This document shows positions 1 through 9,363 of a stretch of 36,657 nt of DNA, one piece after another. The notes beneath the pieces are model-generated. The model did no database searches, was not told the DNA's origin, and saw only the letters and a list, made by a program, of their open reading frames with translations. The stretch's first letter is position 1. Each line of letters opens with the position of its first letter. The stretch lies in the NCBI GenBank assembly GCA_001785575.1, contig MFUC01000009.1, positions 1 to 36,657 of the forward strand, given 5' to 3'. A program made the translations under genes and the position numbers. Source of the DNA: Candidatus Nomurabacteria bacterium RIFCSPHIGHO2_02_FULL_38_15 (lineage in GTDB: Bacteria; Patescibacteriota; Minisyncoccia; Phycocordibacterales; UBA9973).

Positions 1-87
1 GTCCAAGAGCCTGCTGCCATCAAAGAATCCAACGCCACCAAAGAAGTTCCTGAAGATGTTTTGAAAAGAATTTTAAATCAGGATTAA
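1..87 (+). CDS. 3' end of a CDS truncated by the window edge (…KEVPEDVLKRILNQD*)
   Basis: Frame 1 is open from base 1 to TAA at 85-87, 11 nt before the next gene. Confidence 0.6.
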   Translation, partial: VQEPAAIKESNATKEVPEDVLKRILNQD

Positions 88-98
88 GGTAAATATTT

Positions 99-1562
99 AT
101 GAAAAATTGTTTAAGCCAGATAATCACAATAACTTTTCTAGCAATTAGTTTATTATCACCTGTAGGGCGGGCTTGGGCCGGAGTTATTTTTTCAGAGATT
201 GCTTGGATGGGCGGTTCAAACTCAAGCGCCGATGAATGGATTGAAATATATAATGATAGTGAAAGTGATGTTAATTTAGATGGTTATACTATTGTTATCG
301 AAGCTATAATTAACGAAACAGAAAGTAAAAAAACTTCAATTAAACTCTCTGGTATTATTGGATCTAAAAAATATTACCTAATTGAACGAACGGATGATAA
401 CTCTGTGCCAAATATTACTTCTGATTTACCACCAGCACCTTTTGGTTCAGGTCTGAATAACTCAGGCAATAATTTGTATTTAAAAAATGCCGAAGGCCAA
501 AATGCTGACTCACTTTTATTTTCAAGTGGTTGGCCGGCCGGTGATAATGCAACTAAACAAACCATGCAGTTTGTTGGTGGTCAGTGGCTAACGGCTGAAT
601 CAACGCCAAAAAGTGCGCCCCTAGATTCAAGTACGAGTGATCAAACAAATAATCTGCCAGTGAATAATCCACCTAATAATCCAGGCGCTAGTCAATCAAC
701 AGGTGGCAGTGTTTATGTACCACTCAAAAACCAATCTCGTTTTATTGTCAGTATTGCCGGTGACATGTTGGCGCAAATACCAACTCTAGTGGAATTAGAC
801 CACCGTGATGATCAGGGTATTAAAAATAATTATGGTATCTACCGAGTAAATTTTGGTGACGGTAACACTAAGGATTTTAAGCCTGATGAAAAAATTACCC
901 ATACGTATGAATATCCTGGCTATTATAGAATCACACTCAAGTTTATGGATTCGGCTTGGTCAATCATTCCTAAAAAGCAAACATTCATAAATGTCCAAAT
1001 AGATGAGCCATTAATCTATATTGATACCAGTCGTGCGCCAATTTTAATTATTAAGAATAAAAGCTCTAAAGATATTGATTTGGGTGGTTTTACATTTACC
1101 GATGGAGTGAAGACGTTCAGTCCACCCGAGGGCTCGATCGTTTTTGCTAACAAAGAAGTTTGGCTGGCTCCATCTGTGACTGGTTTTTCACAAAATGAAA
1201 TTCTAGGTTTGAACCTACTATCTAAGGCGGGCCAAGCCATTGCTTTGCAAACAAATTCACAGCCCAATACCTTAAATACTAAAACGGCAAGTACGCTAAA
1301 ACCAAAAATTTTAAGCCAAAATAAAATGCCAGCCCAGTTATTAGGTGCGATTGAACCAACATGGTCACTAGAATCGCGCGATAGTATCCAAAGTCAAAGC
1401 GCTAATATAAGTGAAGCCCAGCCAGTTCAAAATCAAAATAAAAAGAATCTGTTTATTTGGTTTTTATTTGGAGCTTTAATTTTAGGCGGTTCGTTGGTTT
1501 TTATTAAATTACGCAAAATAGAAAATAAAGAGGCCAACGAATTTAGTCTACTTGAGGAATAG
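99..1562 (+). CDS. Surface protein with lamin-tail domain, PKD-like domain and C-terminal membrane anchor
   Basis: Signal peptide; VIFSEIAWMG…DEWIEIYN…LNNSG lamin-tail motifs; NFGDG…HTYEYPGYY PKD motif; C-terminal TM helix with basic tail. Confidence 0.8.
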   Translation: MKNCLSQIITITFLAISLLSPVGRAWAGVIFSEIAWMGGSNSSADEWIEIYNDSESDVNLDGYTIVIEAIINETESKKTSIKLSGIIGSKKYYLIERTDDNSVPNITSDLPPAPFGSGLNNSGNNLYLKNAEGQNADSLLFSSGWPAGDNATKQTMQFVGGQWLTAESTPKSAPLDSSTSDQTNNLPVNNPPNNPGASQSTGGSVYVPLKNQSRFIVSIAGDMLAQIPTLVELDHRDDQGIKNNYGIYRVNFGDGNTKDFKPDEKITHTYEYPGYYRITLKFMDSAWSIIPKKQTFINVQIDEPLIYIDTSRAPILIIKNKSSKDIDLGGFTFTDGVKTFSPPEGSIVFANKEVWLAPSVTGFSQNEILGLNLLSKAGQAIALQTNSQPNTLNTKTASTLKPKILSQNKMPAQLLGAIEPTWSLESRDSIQSQSANISEAQPVQNQNKKNLFIWFLFGALILGGSLVFIKLRKIENKEANEFSLLEE

Positions 1563-1564
1563 TC

Positions 1565-2350
1565 TTATTCTTTGTTATCGCTTAGCCTGTCTTCGCCAGT
1601 TCCAGCTGGAATATCGGTAGTCTCTAGGCCGGTTTCAATTTGGGATACATCATAATCAAGTTGATCAGTTTCAGATTTTTTTGGCAAGGCAATGTCTTTG
1701 ATGGCATCAGTAATAGAGTCTTTATTCTTTGTTATAGCTTCAGTCAATTCATTTCCAGTCGAGCCAGTTTCTTTATTTTTTTCATCAACTAAAGCTGTTA
1801 GGATTTTTACATCACTAGCAATATTGGCCTCAAGATCTTTAACTTCAATTAGGGCTTCTTTTTGGTCAGCTTCATTTGAGCCACTAGCAACTATTGTGGC
1901 ATTATCCTTGGCGTCTTTAATGTGGCTTTCTAATTCTTTTGAGGCGATAGCAATTTTCTCAGCAACTTTTTCGTCAGTACCGGTATCGTTTGCTAAAATA
2001 GTTTTCATTTCATTCAAGCGAGTTTCAGCGCGTAACTTGCTGTAAATAATTTTCTTTTTAGGAGTGTTTTTAGTGATACCTTTTATATTTTCAAGTTGAA
2101 GTTTAATTGGATAGGTTGAATCACCCGGTAGGGCATTTTGGGAAGCGAAGCTAACACCTGAACCTGAGACTAAAATTAAAAAGGCAAAAGCCATACTGTA
2201 CCTAACCCACGGCAGAGTCATAAAAGGTGACTTAACCGGGTTTTGATTTGATCGAACATGCCAAACTAGTGATGAGCGCATCACATTTTTTTCATTAGCT
2301 GTCATAACAACATCTTTGACTATTTGGTTGTATTGTTTATTCAGGTTCAT
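1565..2350 (-). CDS. Putative membrane anti-sigma factor (DUF5667-like)
   Basis: One TM helix followed by ALPGDSTYPIK…E and AETRLNE motifs; overlaps the ECF sigma gene. Confidence 0.7.
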   Translation of the reverse strand: MNLNKQYNQIVKDVVMTANEKNVMRSSLVWHVRSNQNPVKSPFMTLPWVRYSMAFAFLILVSGSGVSFASQNALPGDSTYPIKLQLENIKGITKNTPKKKIIYSKLRAETRLNEMKTILANDTGTDEKVAEKIAIASKELESHIKDAKDNATIVASGSNEADQKEALIEVKDLEANIASDVKILTALVDEKNKETGSTGNELTEAITKNKDSITDAIKDIALPKKSETDQLDYDVSQIETGLETTDIPAGTGEDRLSDNKE

Positions 2351-2840
2351 ATTTTTTAAAACTTTCTCTTAAGGCTTCTTTGGCTCGGTGTAATCTAACT
2401 GAGGCCAAGTTGTTTGATATCTCTAAGACCTCAGCAATTTCATTTGAATTTAAACCAGCTTCAATATGCAGTAATAACACTTCTTTGTATTTATCAGGCA
2501 GTGTGTTAGCTTCTTCAAACAATTTTTTTACATCATCTATAACTTCGTGATTAACTGCATGACTTTTTACATCAAAACCATTCTCGATCATTTCATCAAG
2601 CGAGTAGCTTTTGCTTTTGCGATAATGATCAATAATTTTATTGCGAGCAATATGATAAATCAAGGCCCGACTATTTTCGATTGGTTTATCTTGCAACAAA
2701 ACTTCCCAAAATTTAGTGAAGCTTTCCTGGGTCAAATCAAGCGCAATTTCGCGATTACTGACCCTAAATAATACAAAACGAAAAACTTCATCATTGTGAG
2801 ACTCGAAAATATCAAGGAATATTTGCTCTTTTTTGTTCAC
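2337..2840 (-). CDS. ECF-type RNA polymerase sigma factor
   Basis: Region 2 (ALDLTQESFTK…IARNKIIDHYRK) and region 4 (EIAEVLEIS…VRLHRA); GTG start. Confidence 0.92.
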   Translation of the reverse strand: MNKKEQIFLDIFESHNDEVFRFVLFRVSNREIALDLTQESFTKFWEVLLQDKPIENSRALIYHIARNKIIDHYRKSKSYSLDEMIENGFDVKSHAVNHEVIDDVKKLFEEANTLPDKYKEVLLLHIEAGLNSNEIAEVLEISNNLASVRLHRAKEALRESFKKYEPE

Positions 2841-2869
2841 GTTAATTTATAGTAGCCTTCAAATATAAT

Positions 2870-2895
2870 GACGTTTTAATCGACCCTTTATTACA
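2870..2895 (-). promoter_or_regulatory. Putative ECF-type autoregulatory promoter
   Basis: Minus strand TGTAAT-N16-CGTC about 30 nt upstream of the ECF sigma start, similar to the ECF consensus TGnAAC-N16-CGTC. Confidence 0.5.
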
Positions 2896-2960
2896 CTATA
2901 ATAGTACCATAAGTATCAAAGTAGAGCTAAAAAGCGTTTTTTCTGCTAGAATAAGAATAT

Positions 2961-4373
2961 ATGAGTATTAGCAAAAAGCATCTAGTAATTGTTGGCTCAG
3001 GTTTTGCTGGTGTTGAATTAGCCCGTCGAATGGTGCCTCTAATAAAAAAAGGTCTATATGAAGTTAGTTTAATTTCTAATCATGGCTACTTTGAATATTA
3101 TCCAGGTATTTATCGAATCATGATTGGTGAAACGCCCATTCAAGTTAAAATTCGTTTAGACCAAATTGTGCCTAGTTGCGTAAAAATTATTGAAGATACT
3201 ATTAGTAGAATTGATACTGTTAATAAAAAAATTTACAGTAATGATGACATTGAAAATGAGTATGAATATGACGAATTAGTTTTGGGTTTGGGTTCGGTAC
3301 CGAATTATTTTAGTATTCCAGGACTTGAAGACGGGGCCTTTGTTTTTCGAACAACTGGCAATGCTGTGGAATTACGCAATCATTTACACGAACTGTTAAT
3401 TAAAACTAGGGCTGAAGAGATAAATAATGAGCCAGTTTTAATGCATAACTTACATATTATTATTGGCGGCGGGGGACCCGTGGGTGTTGAACTAGCTGGC
3501 GCACTTTCAAGTTATATGCGCCAAATGGCTAAGGCTAATAAAATTCCACCAGATAAAGTCACGATTGATTTGATTGAAGCCGGCCCACGATTATTACCGA
3601 GAGTGCCCGAAAATGGCTCGGCTGAAATTGCCGAATTTTTAGGCAAACGCGGTGTGAATATTTTCGTAAACAGGCCGATAAAAAGCATAGCCAAAGAAAC
3701 TGTGATGTTAGAAGACGTTACGCTGAATGCTAAAACAATTGTCTGGACTGGGGGCATAATACCAAACCCATTGTATACACAGGTGTCTAATTTCACCTGC
3801 GATCGTGGTCGGGTATGTGTTGACGAATTTATGCAAGCCACTGGGTGTGTTGATATTTATATTGTCGGCGATGGGGCCAATACGAAAGGTGCGGGCCTGG
3901 CTCAAGGCGCCATCCATGACGGTAAGTACTTAGCTAAACTTTTTAAAGCTAAAGCCCTAAGTCGGGCTTGGCCTAAATACAAGCAAGCCAAAACTGGTTT
4001 TGTTATACCGATTGGCTCAAACTGGGCAATGATGGTTTTTGGTAATTTTGTTTGGGCTGGATTTATCCCTGGAGTTATACGCTACTTTATTGATGTTGAA
4101 TATTTCTTCAAGCGTCTATCTATAGCTAAATTCCTTGACCTTTACTGGGAGGGCTTTAAATACCGCCGACATAGATATATTGAATTGCCAATTGAAGAAT
4201 CACTTAAAAAACCTAAAAATTCTGGCTTGCCTGCGCAGTCAGGCCGGGCGCTTGTTTATATTATCGGCTTTTTGGCCATTATCTTTCTAGGTGTTGTTGG
4301 TTTAGGCTATATAAATAATAAAATTAGCGGGGGAGATAATTCAACCTTTACCGCAGGGTCTTTGTTTAAATAA
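2961..4373 (+). CDS. ndh: FAD-dependent pyridine-nucleotide oxidoreductase (type II NADH dehydrogenase family) with C-terminal TM extension
   Basis: VIVGSGFAG and IIIGGGGPVGVELAG Rossmann motifs; IYIVGD; WTGG. Confidence 0.85.
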   Translation: MSISKKHLVIVGSGFAGVELARRMVPLIKKGLYEVSLISNHGYFEYYPGIYRIMIGETPIQVKIRLDQIVPSCVKIIEDTISRIDTVNKKIYSNDDIENEYEYDELVLGLGSVPNYFSIPGLEDGAFVFRTTGNAVELRNHLHELLIKTRAEEINNEPVLMHNLHIIIGGGGPVGVELAGALSSYMRQMAKANKIPPDKVTIDLIEAGPRLLPRVPENGSAEIAEFLGKRGVNIFVNRPIKSIAKETVMLEDVTLNAKTIVWTGGIIPNPLYTQVSNFTCDRGRVCVDEFMQATGCVDIYIVGDGANTKGAGLAQGAIHDGKYLAKLFKAKALSRAWPKYKQAKTGFVIPIGSNWAMMVFGNFVWAGFIPGVIRYFIDVEYFFKRLSIAKFLDLYWEGFKYRRHRYIELPIEESLKKPKNSGLPAQSGRALVYIIGFLAIIFLGVVGLGYINNKISGGDNSTFTAGSLFK

Positions 4374-4383
4374 GAGTTAGACC

Positions 4384-4406
4384 ACTTGGGAGTTGAGCTC
4401 CCAAGT
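4384..4406. repeat. REP-like palindrome family 2
   Basis: acttgggag-ttgag-ctcccaagt; second copy at 20184-20204. Confidence 0.75.
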
Positions 4407-4412
4407 AAGAAT

Positions 4413-4441
4413 TTGACTTTGGTAATTTCAAAGAGTAGACT
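4413..4441 (+). promoter_or_regulatory. Sigma70-type promoter
   Basis: TTGACT-N17-TAGACT. Confidence 0.55.
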
Positions 4442-4459
4442 GACAAAAAATCAGTTCGT

Positions 4460-5185
4460 ATGAAAAATCAGAAAAAATTATTTCTCGTGGCGCTTCATGT
4501 AGAAAGTACTAAACAATCTTTTGATGAAGCAAAAAAAATCTTTGCTGGCGGGGCCGATGGTGTGCTGTTGGTAAATAATGGTTTTATGGTGTTTGCAAAA
4601 GATTTGTTTTCCGTAGCTGAAGCTATCAAAAAACAATATGCAAATTGGATTGTTGGAATTAATCCGCTTGACATAGAAGCCGGTGATGCTGTCCGCATGT
4701 TTGGCGAACATGGTAAGAATTTAGACACTCTGTGGGTTGACGATGGAGGGATTATTGAGGGCAGTGACGTAATGATTTTAAATAGGTACGTTGATACATA
4801 CCTAAAGTTGCTAAATCAAAAGCAGCAATACTATGGCAGTATAGATTTTAAATACAAGCAACCTGCCAAGGATTTGGTTGCAGTTTCTAAACTCGCGGCT
4901 GAAAAGTTTGGCGTGGTAATTACCAGCGGTCCTGCTACTGGCAAGGAGCCCGACCTTCAAAAAATCATGACCATTAAGCAGGCGATTGGTGATACACCGT
5001 TAGGTATTGCTAGCGGTATGTCGACAGATAATATTGGTTTGTTTTTGCCTTACGCCGACATTTTTATTGTCGGAACATCATTGTTGGTAGACCATAGTGA
5101 TCAGTTTTTTTATGATCAAGAAAAGATTGAAAAGTTCAGAGCTCGGATTGATGACTACGAGGGCGAACTTATTGCTCAAGTCTAA
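4460..5185 (+). CDS. BtpA/SgcQ-like TIM-barrel protein
   Basis: GGADGVLLVN, GIN, VITSGPATG, IASG…DIFIVGTSL pattern of BtpA-type phosphate-binding barrels. Confidence 0.7.
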   Translation: MKNQKKLFLVALHVESTKQSFDEAKKIFAGGADGVLLVNNGFMVFAKDLFSVAEAIKKQYANWIVGINPLDIEAGDAVRMFGEHGKNLDTLWVDDGGIIEGSDVMILNRYVDTYLKLLNQKQQYYGSIDFKYKQPAKDLVAVSKLAAEKFGVVITSGPATGKEPDLQKIMTIKQAIGDTPLGIASGMSTDNIGLFLPYADIFIVGTSLLVDHSDQFFYDQEKIEKFRARIDDYEGELIAQV

Positions 5186-5192
5186 AAATAAC

Positions 5193-5215
5193 AAAGCCCT
5201 CATGTGAGGGCTTTT
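5193..5215 (+). terminator. Intrinsic terminator
   Basis: aaagccctc-atgt-gagggctttt. Confidence 0.7.
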
Positions 5216-5254
5216 GAATTTGCAAAAAGTGTAAGGTTGTGGTAATTTGGACAA

Positions 5255-5335
5255 GTTAGCTTAAGACAGCAAGCAGTCTTGATCATAAGTCCGACTTATG
5301 GCTAGAAGATAATGAGACTTGCCGAGGTTATTTTT
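5255..5335 (+). promoter_or_regulatory. Ribosomal protein L10 leader with an embedded REP-like palindrome
   Basis: TAAGACAGCAAG…CTTGCCGAGG matches the L10-leader core (AAGACAGyAgG…CCTgCCGAGG) upstream of rplJ. Confidence 0.7.
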
Positions 5336-5407
5336 TAAATACTCAAAAAAGCTAGCTGGTCGTTACAAAAAACTTAAGAATTAATTTTTTAAGAAAAAAT
5401 AATTATT

Positions 5408-5896
5408 ATGGCACTTACAAAATCAAAAAAACAAGAGGTGCTGGGCAGTTTGGCTGAAATTATTAAAGGGGCAAAAACTTTGGTTTTTGTAAAATTTGAT
5501 AAGCTTTCGGTTTTTAATTCAAATGCCTTGCGTCGCGAATTGCGCCAAAATGACTCGGGTTTACGTGTGGCCAAGAAGCGTTTATTGCTTCGCGCACTGG
5601 ACGAGGGTGGTTTTAAGGGCGAGGTTCCAACAATCGAGGGCGAGGTCATGTTGGCCTATAGCGCTGATGAACTGGCCCCAGCTCAAAAGGTTTACGACTT
5701 TCAAAAAACTCACAAAGACAATATTTCAATTGTTGGCGGAGTCTTTGATGGAAGTTATATGAACCAGGTTGAAATGATGAATATTGCAACGATTCCTGGA
5801 ATGCAAGGTTTGCGAGGAATGTTTGTTAATGTTATTAATTCACCAATTCAAAGATTTGCTATTGCGCTTTCTGAAGTTGCAAAAAAGCAAGGCTAA
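5408..5896 (+). CDS. rplJ: 50S ribosomal protein L10
   Basis: MALTKSKKQE…LRRELR…VAKKRLL…GGVFDG; adjacent to rplL. Confidence 0.95.
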   Translation: MALTKSKKQEVLGSLAEIIKGAKTLVFVKFDKLSVFNSNALRRELRQNDSGLRVAKKRLLLRALDEGGFKGEVPTIEGEVMLAYSADELAPAQKVYDFQKTHKDNISIVGGVFDGSYMNQVEMMNIATIPGMQGLRGMFVNVINSPIQRFAIALSEVAKKQG

Positions 5897-5944
5897 ATAG
5901 AAAGCTAAAAATTTACTAAATTATAAAATTAATATAAAAATATT

Positions 5945-6331
5945 ATGGAAGAAAATACAGAATTTACAGTTCCCGCAAAATTTGCTGGAATTGTGGCAGA
6001 GGTTGAAAAGCTTTCAGTCGTTGAACTAAACGAACTGGTTAAAGTTTTCGAAGTTAAGTGGGGCGTGTCAGCAACGGCTGTGGCAGTTGCGGGTCCAGCC
6101 GCCGAGGCAGGTGAGGAAAAGAGCGAATTTACAGTTGTGTTGGCTGGTGCGGGTGAGAACAAAATTGCTGTAATGAAGGTTGTTAAGGAAGTATTAGGCC
6201 TAGGTTTGAAAGATGCGAAAGACCTAGTTGATGCCGCGCCTTCAAATTTGAAGGAGGGTATTAAAAAAGAAGAGGCCGAAGCTTTGAAAAAGCAACTCGA
6301 AGAAGCCGGCGCAAGTGTTGAATTGAAATAA
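5945..6331 (+). CDS. rplL: 50S ribosomal protein L7/L12
   Basis: [10 protein letters not shown]…KIAVMKVVK…[11 protein letters not shown]…[11 protein letters not shown]. Confidence 0.97.
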   Translation: MEENTEFTVPAKFAGIVAEVEKLSVVELNELVKVFEVKWGVSATAVAVAGPAAEAGEEKSEFTVVLAGAGENKIAVMKVVKEVLGLGLKDAKDLVDAAPSNLKEGIKKEEAEALKKQLEEAGASVELK

Positions 6332-6372
6332 GTTGAAATAATTGAGCTAAATTAAAAAATTTAAAACACATA

Positions 6373-6412
6373 AAATATAAAAAGCAATAGTTTACTATTG
6401 CTTTTTATATTT
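6373..6412 (+). terminator. Intrinsic terminator after rplL
   Basis: 18-bp inverted repeat aaatataaaaagcaatag/ctattgctttttatattt. Confidence 0.7.
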
Positions 6413-6426
6413 GGTATACTTGGGGT

Positions 6427-7026
6427 ATGCAAGAATCACTAGGAAAGATTTTCGGGAGTCCATACCGCGCACGTGTTATTAGGTTTTTTGTTTTAAATGA
6501 AGCCATTAGCCACAAAACAGCTAGCATTGCCAAAATGCTTAAAATTAAAAAAGCCTTGTTGCAACGAGAGCTAAATATTTTAAGCTCTATTGGTTTTGTA
6601 AATAAAAAATTATCAAAAGGGCGTACGTCTGGTTATCAAATAAATCTTGAATTTAAAAATCTAGAGCCTTTGAAGGATTTAGTTTTGCACCAAGACTTCA
6701 TTAAAAAAGAAGAGTATCCTAGAAAATTTCGCACGGCTGGTAAATTAAAACTTTTAATTATTTCAGGCACGTTGACCGACAATGACAAAAGTAGGGCTGA
6801 TTTATTAGTGGTGGCCGATCGGGTCAAGCGTACAGCTTTTGAATCGGCCTTGCGTTCTATTGAAGCCGAAATTGGCAAAGAATTAGTTTATGTATTGTTG
6901 GACACAAATGAATTTAAATATCGCATGGAAATGCGCGACAAATTACTGGCTGATATTCTTGACTTTGACCACGAGGAATTGTACAAATCCGCTGAGTTAT
7001 CCACAATGCGATTGCGCATTAATTAG
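6427..7026 (+). CDS. Winged-helix plus nucleotidyltransferase-like conserved hypothetical protein
   Basis: N-terminal IFGS…R…RELNIL wHTH pattern; ADLLVVAD motif in the C-terminal half. Confidence 0.6.
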   Translation: MQESLGKIFGSPYRARVIRFFVLNEAISHKTASIAKMLKIKKALLQRELNILSSIGFVNKKLSKGRTSGYQINLEFKNLEPLKDLVLHQDFIKKEEYPRKFRTAGKLKLLIISGTLTDNDKSRADLLVVADRVKRTAFESALRSIEAEIGKELVYVLLDTNEFKYRMEMRDKLLADILDFDHEELYKSAELSTMRLRIN

Positions 7027-7102
7027 TTTAAATAAAGGTATAATTAATAAAGATAAAGGATCGATCGACCTTTATTTTTTATTAGTAAGAGTATTCTAGA
7101 CT

Positions 7103-7783
7103 ATGCTCATAACTTCATGGGGGGAGATTTTCGCCGTAGCTCTCCAAAATCTTTGGTACGGTTTCGCTATGTTCGTGCCAAAATTGCTTTTAGCAGTAAT
7201 TTTATTCTTCATCGGTTGGTGGATTGCAACAATCATAGGCAAAGCTTTTGCCCAAGTGATTGGTGCACTTAAAATAGATCATCTATTTCGTTCAACTGGT
7301 ATTGATAAAGTTTTAGAGCGCGCAGGTACACATTTGTCAGTTGGTGGCTTTATTGGGGCAATTGTTAAATGGTTCATCATTATCGTATTTTTGATGACAT
7401 CATTACAAATCGTTGGCCTTACACAAGTTAACGACTTCCTTAAAGACATTGTAACTTCATTTGTACCACAAGTTCTAATTGCTGCGTTAGTATTGGTTGT
7501 TGGTTCAGTTTTGGCTGAAACAGCTCGCCGAATACTAACTGGTGGTGCCAAGGCCGCGAATGTTGGTTCAGCTAACATGATTGGTACAACTGCATTTTAT
7601 GCAATTTGGGTGTTTACACTTATAATTGCATTGTCACAACTAGGCATTGCGCCTGCATTTATGCAAATCTTGTTTACAGGTATTGTATTTATGTTGGCCC
7701 TTGCTGGTGGCTTGTCATTTGGTTTGGGTGGTAAAGAAACTGCATCTCGCACTCTTGACCGCGTTTCAAATAACATGCGCTAA
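7103..7783 (+). CDS. TM-helix repeat membrane protein (MscS-associated/CmpX-like)
   Basis: Two PxLLxA…G conserved TM-helix repeats; ALAGGLSFGLGGKE C-terminus. Confidence 0.8.
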   Translation: MLITSWGEIFAVALQNLWYGFAMFVPKLLLAVILFFIGWWIATIIGKAFAQVIGALKIDHLFRSTGIDKVLERAGTHLSVGGFIGAIVKWFIIIVFLMTSLQIVGLTQVNDFLKDIVTSFVPQVLIAALVLVVGSVLAETARRILTGGAKAANVGSANMIGTTAFYAIWVFTLIIALSQLGIAPAFMQILFTGIVFMLALAGGLSFGLGGKETASRTLDRVSNNMR

Positions 7784-7815
7784 AAAGTTTTACTAAATTC
7801 GTAAAAACTTTTAAA

Positions 7816-7856
7816 AAACAAAAATCCCGCTTGTAAAATCAGCGGGATTTTTGTTT
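7816..7856 (+). terminator. Intrinsic terminator
   Basis: aaacaaaaatcccgct/agcgggatttttgttt. Confidence 0.75.
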
Positions 7857-7866
7857 GGCTAAATTT

Positions 7867-7953
7867 ACCTCACCCCTGACCCCTCTCCTGGCAAAAGGAG
7901 AGGGGAATCGTGAAAGTCCATCGTCTAATCAGGAGAGGGATTTAGGGTGAGGT
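7867..7953. repeat. C/G-tract palindromic repeat family A
   Basis: acctcacccc…ccctctcc…ggagaggg…gggtgaggt; related copies at 24578-24620 and 32404-32513. Confidence 0.8.
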
Positions 7954-7954
7954 T

Positions 7955-8003
7955 GCGCTTTTTCGGCTCCTCCCCCTTGATAAGGGGGAGGTTGGGAGGG
8001 GGG
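7955..8003. repeat. C/G-tract palindromic repeat family B
   Basis: cctccccctt-gat-aagggggaggttggg; related copy at 18946-19001. Confidence 0.75.
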
Positions 8004-8038
8004 CTTTGCGGGCACGGATTTTATGTATAAAAATTCAC

Positions 8039-8088
8039 TTGCATTGTCTATTTGTTTGTGATAGACTCCTACCTGTATTCCTTGAAAA
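8039..8088 (+). promoter_or_regulatory. Promoter and boxA-like site of the 23S-5S unit
   Basis: TTGCAT-N17-TAGACT followed by tattccttgaaaa. Confidence 0.55.
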
Positions 8089-8951
8089 TTGCATCGCTAC
8101 TATGGAACCAAATCCAACGCCCATAAATGGGGTTGGATCGGGGTCTTAAAATACTAGAAAGTATATTCGCGCAGCCTGTGCGAATCTCCATAAGTAGTGC
8201 ACACACTATGCCAAGCGGTTGGCATTCCTAGCTTGTGAAAATATATTTATGAAATATATAAAGAAGGAGCACATTTTTCCTTGCAATTAAATTTGGGAGA
8301 TAATGTGAATTAGTGTGTGGAGAATCAGACAAAATGTAAGTAAGTATATACATTATGGAAAGTATGACCAATGGTTAATACATTTCCTAATGGGATAATA
8401 AGAGCATATGGCGGATGCCTAGACTCTCAATAGCGATGAAGGACGTGGGAGGCTGCGATAAGCTTCGGGGAGGTGTCTACAACCTTTGATCCGGAGATTT
8501 CCGAATGGGGAAACCCTACATAGCAAACCTATGTAATTAACACTCATAAGAAGTGTTGATGCGCACCCTGGGAAGTGAAACATCTCAGTACCAGGAGGAA
8601 CAGAAAACAAACCCTAACTATACGTTGGGGAATATTTCCTAAGTAGCGGCGAGCGAAAAGGAAAGAGCCCAAACCTGTCTAACATTGAGCACATATCAGT
8701 ATGAAGCTTTGTACTAAATATTGTGTGTTCAATGTTGGACGGGGGTTGTAGGGTAGCAACTTCGAATTAACGAGAAAAGTCAAAAAATTGCACAATAGAT
8801 TAAGTTGTTGGAAACCAACACCATAGACGGTGATAGTCCGGTAATCGAAATTCTGCAAACTTTTTTGTTGCTATACCTGAGTAGCTCAGGAAACGAAAAG
8901 CTTGAGCGAATCCAGCAGAACTAACTGCTAAGGCTAAATATATTGAGAGAT

Positions 8952-8994
<43 letters not shown>

Positions 8995-9325
8995 GAAAAG
9001 GGAGTGAAATAGATCCTGAAACCATATGCTTACAAGGAGTCGGAGCGGACGCGATTTATCGTGTTCCGTCACGGCGTGCCTATTGAAGAATGAGCCAACG
9101 AGTTTATTTGTGTTGCTGGCTAAGTGGAAACCCCACGGAGCCTCAGGGAAACCAAGTGTTAATAGCGCGAAAAAATTAAGTAGTACAAATAAGACCCGAA
9201 GCCAAGTGAGCTACCCATGAGCAGGTTGAAGTTTGTCGAAAGACAAATGGAGGACCGAACCGGTGAGCCGTACGACACTCTCGGATGACTTGTGGGTTGG
9301 AGTGAAAAGCTAATCGAACTTGGTA

Positions 9326-9363
<38 letters not shown>

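Noticed and set aside
6997..7005. DnaA box TTATCCACA suggesting an origin
   Set aside because: Single copy inside a CDS end, with no box cluster or dnaA nearby.
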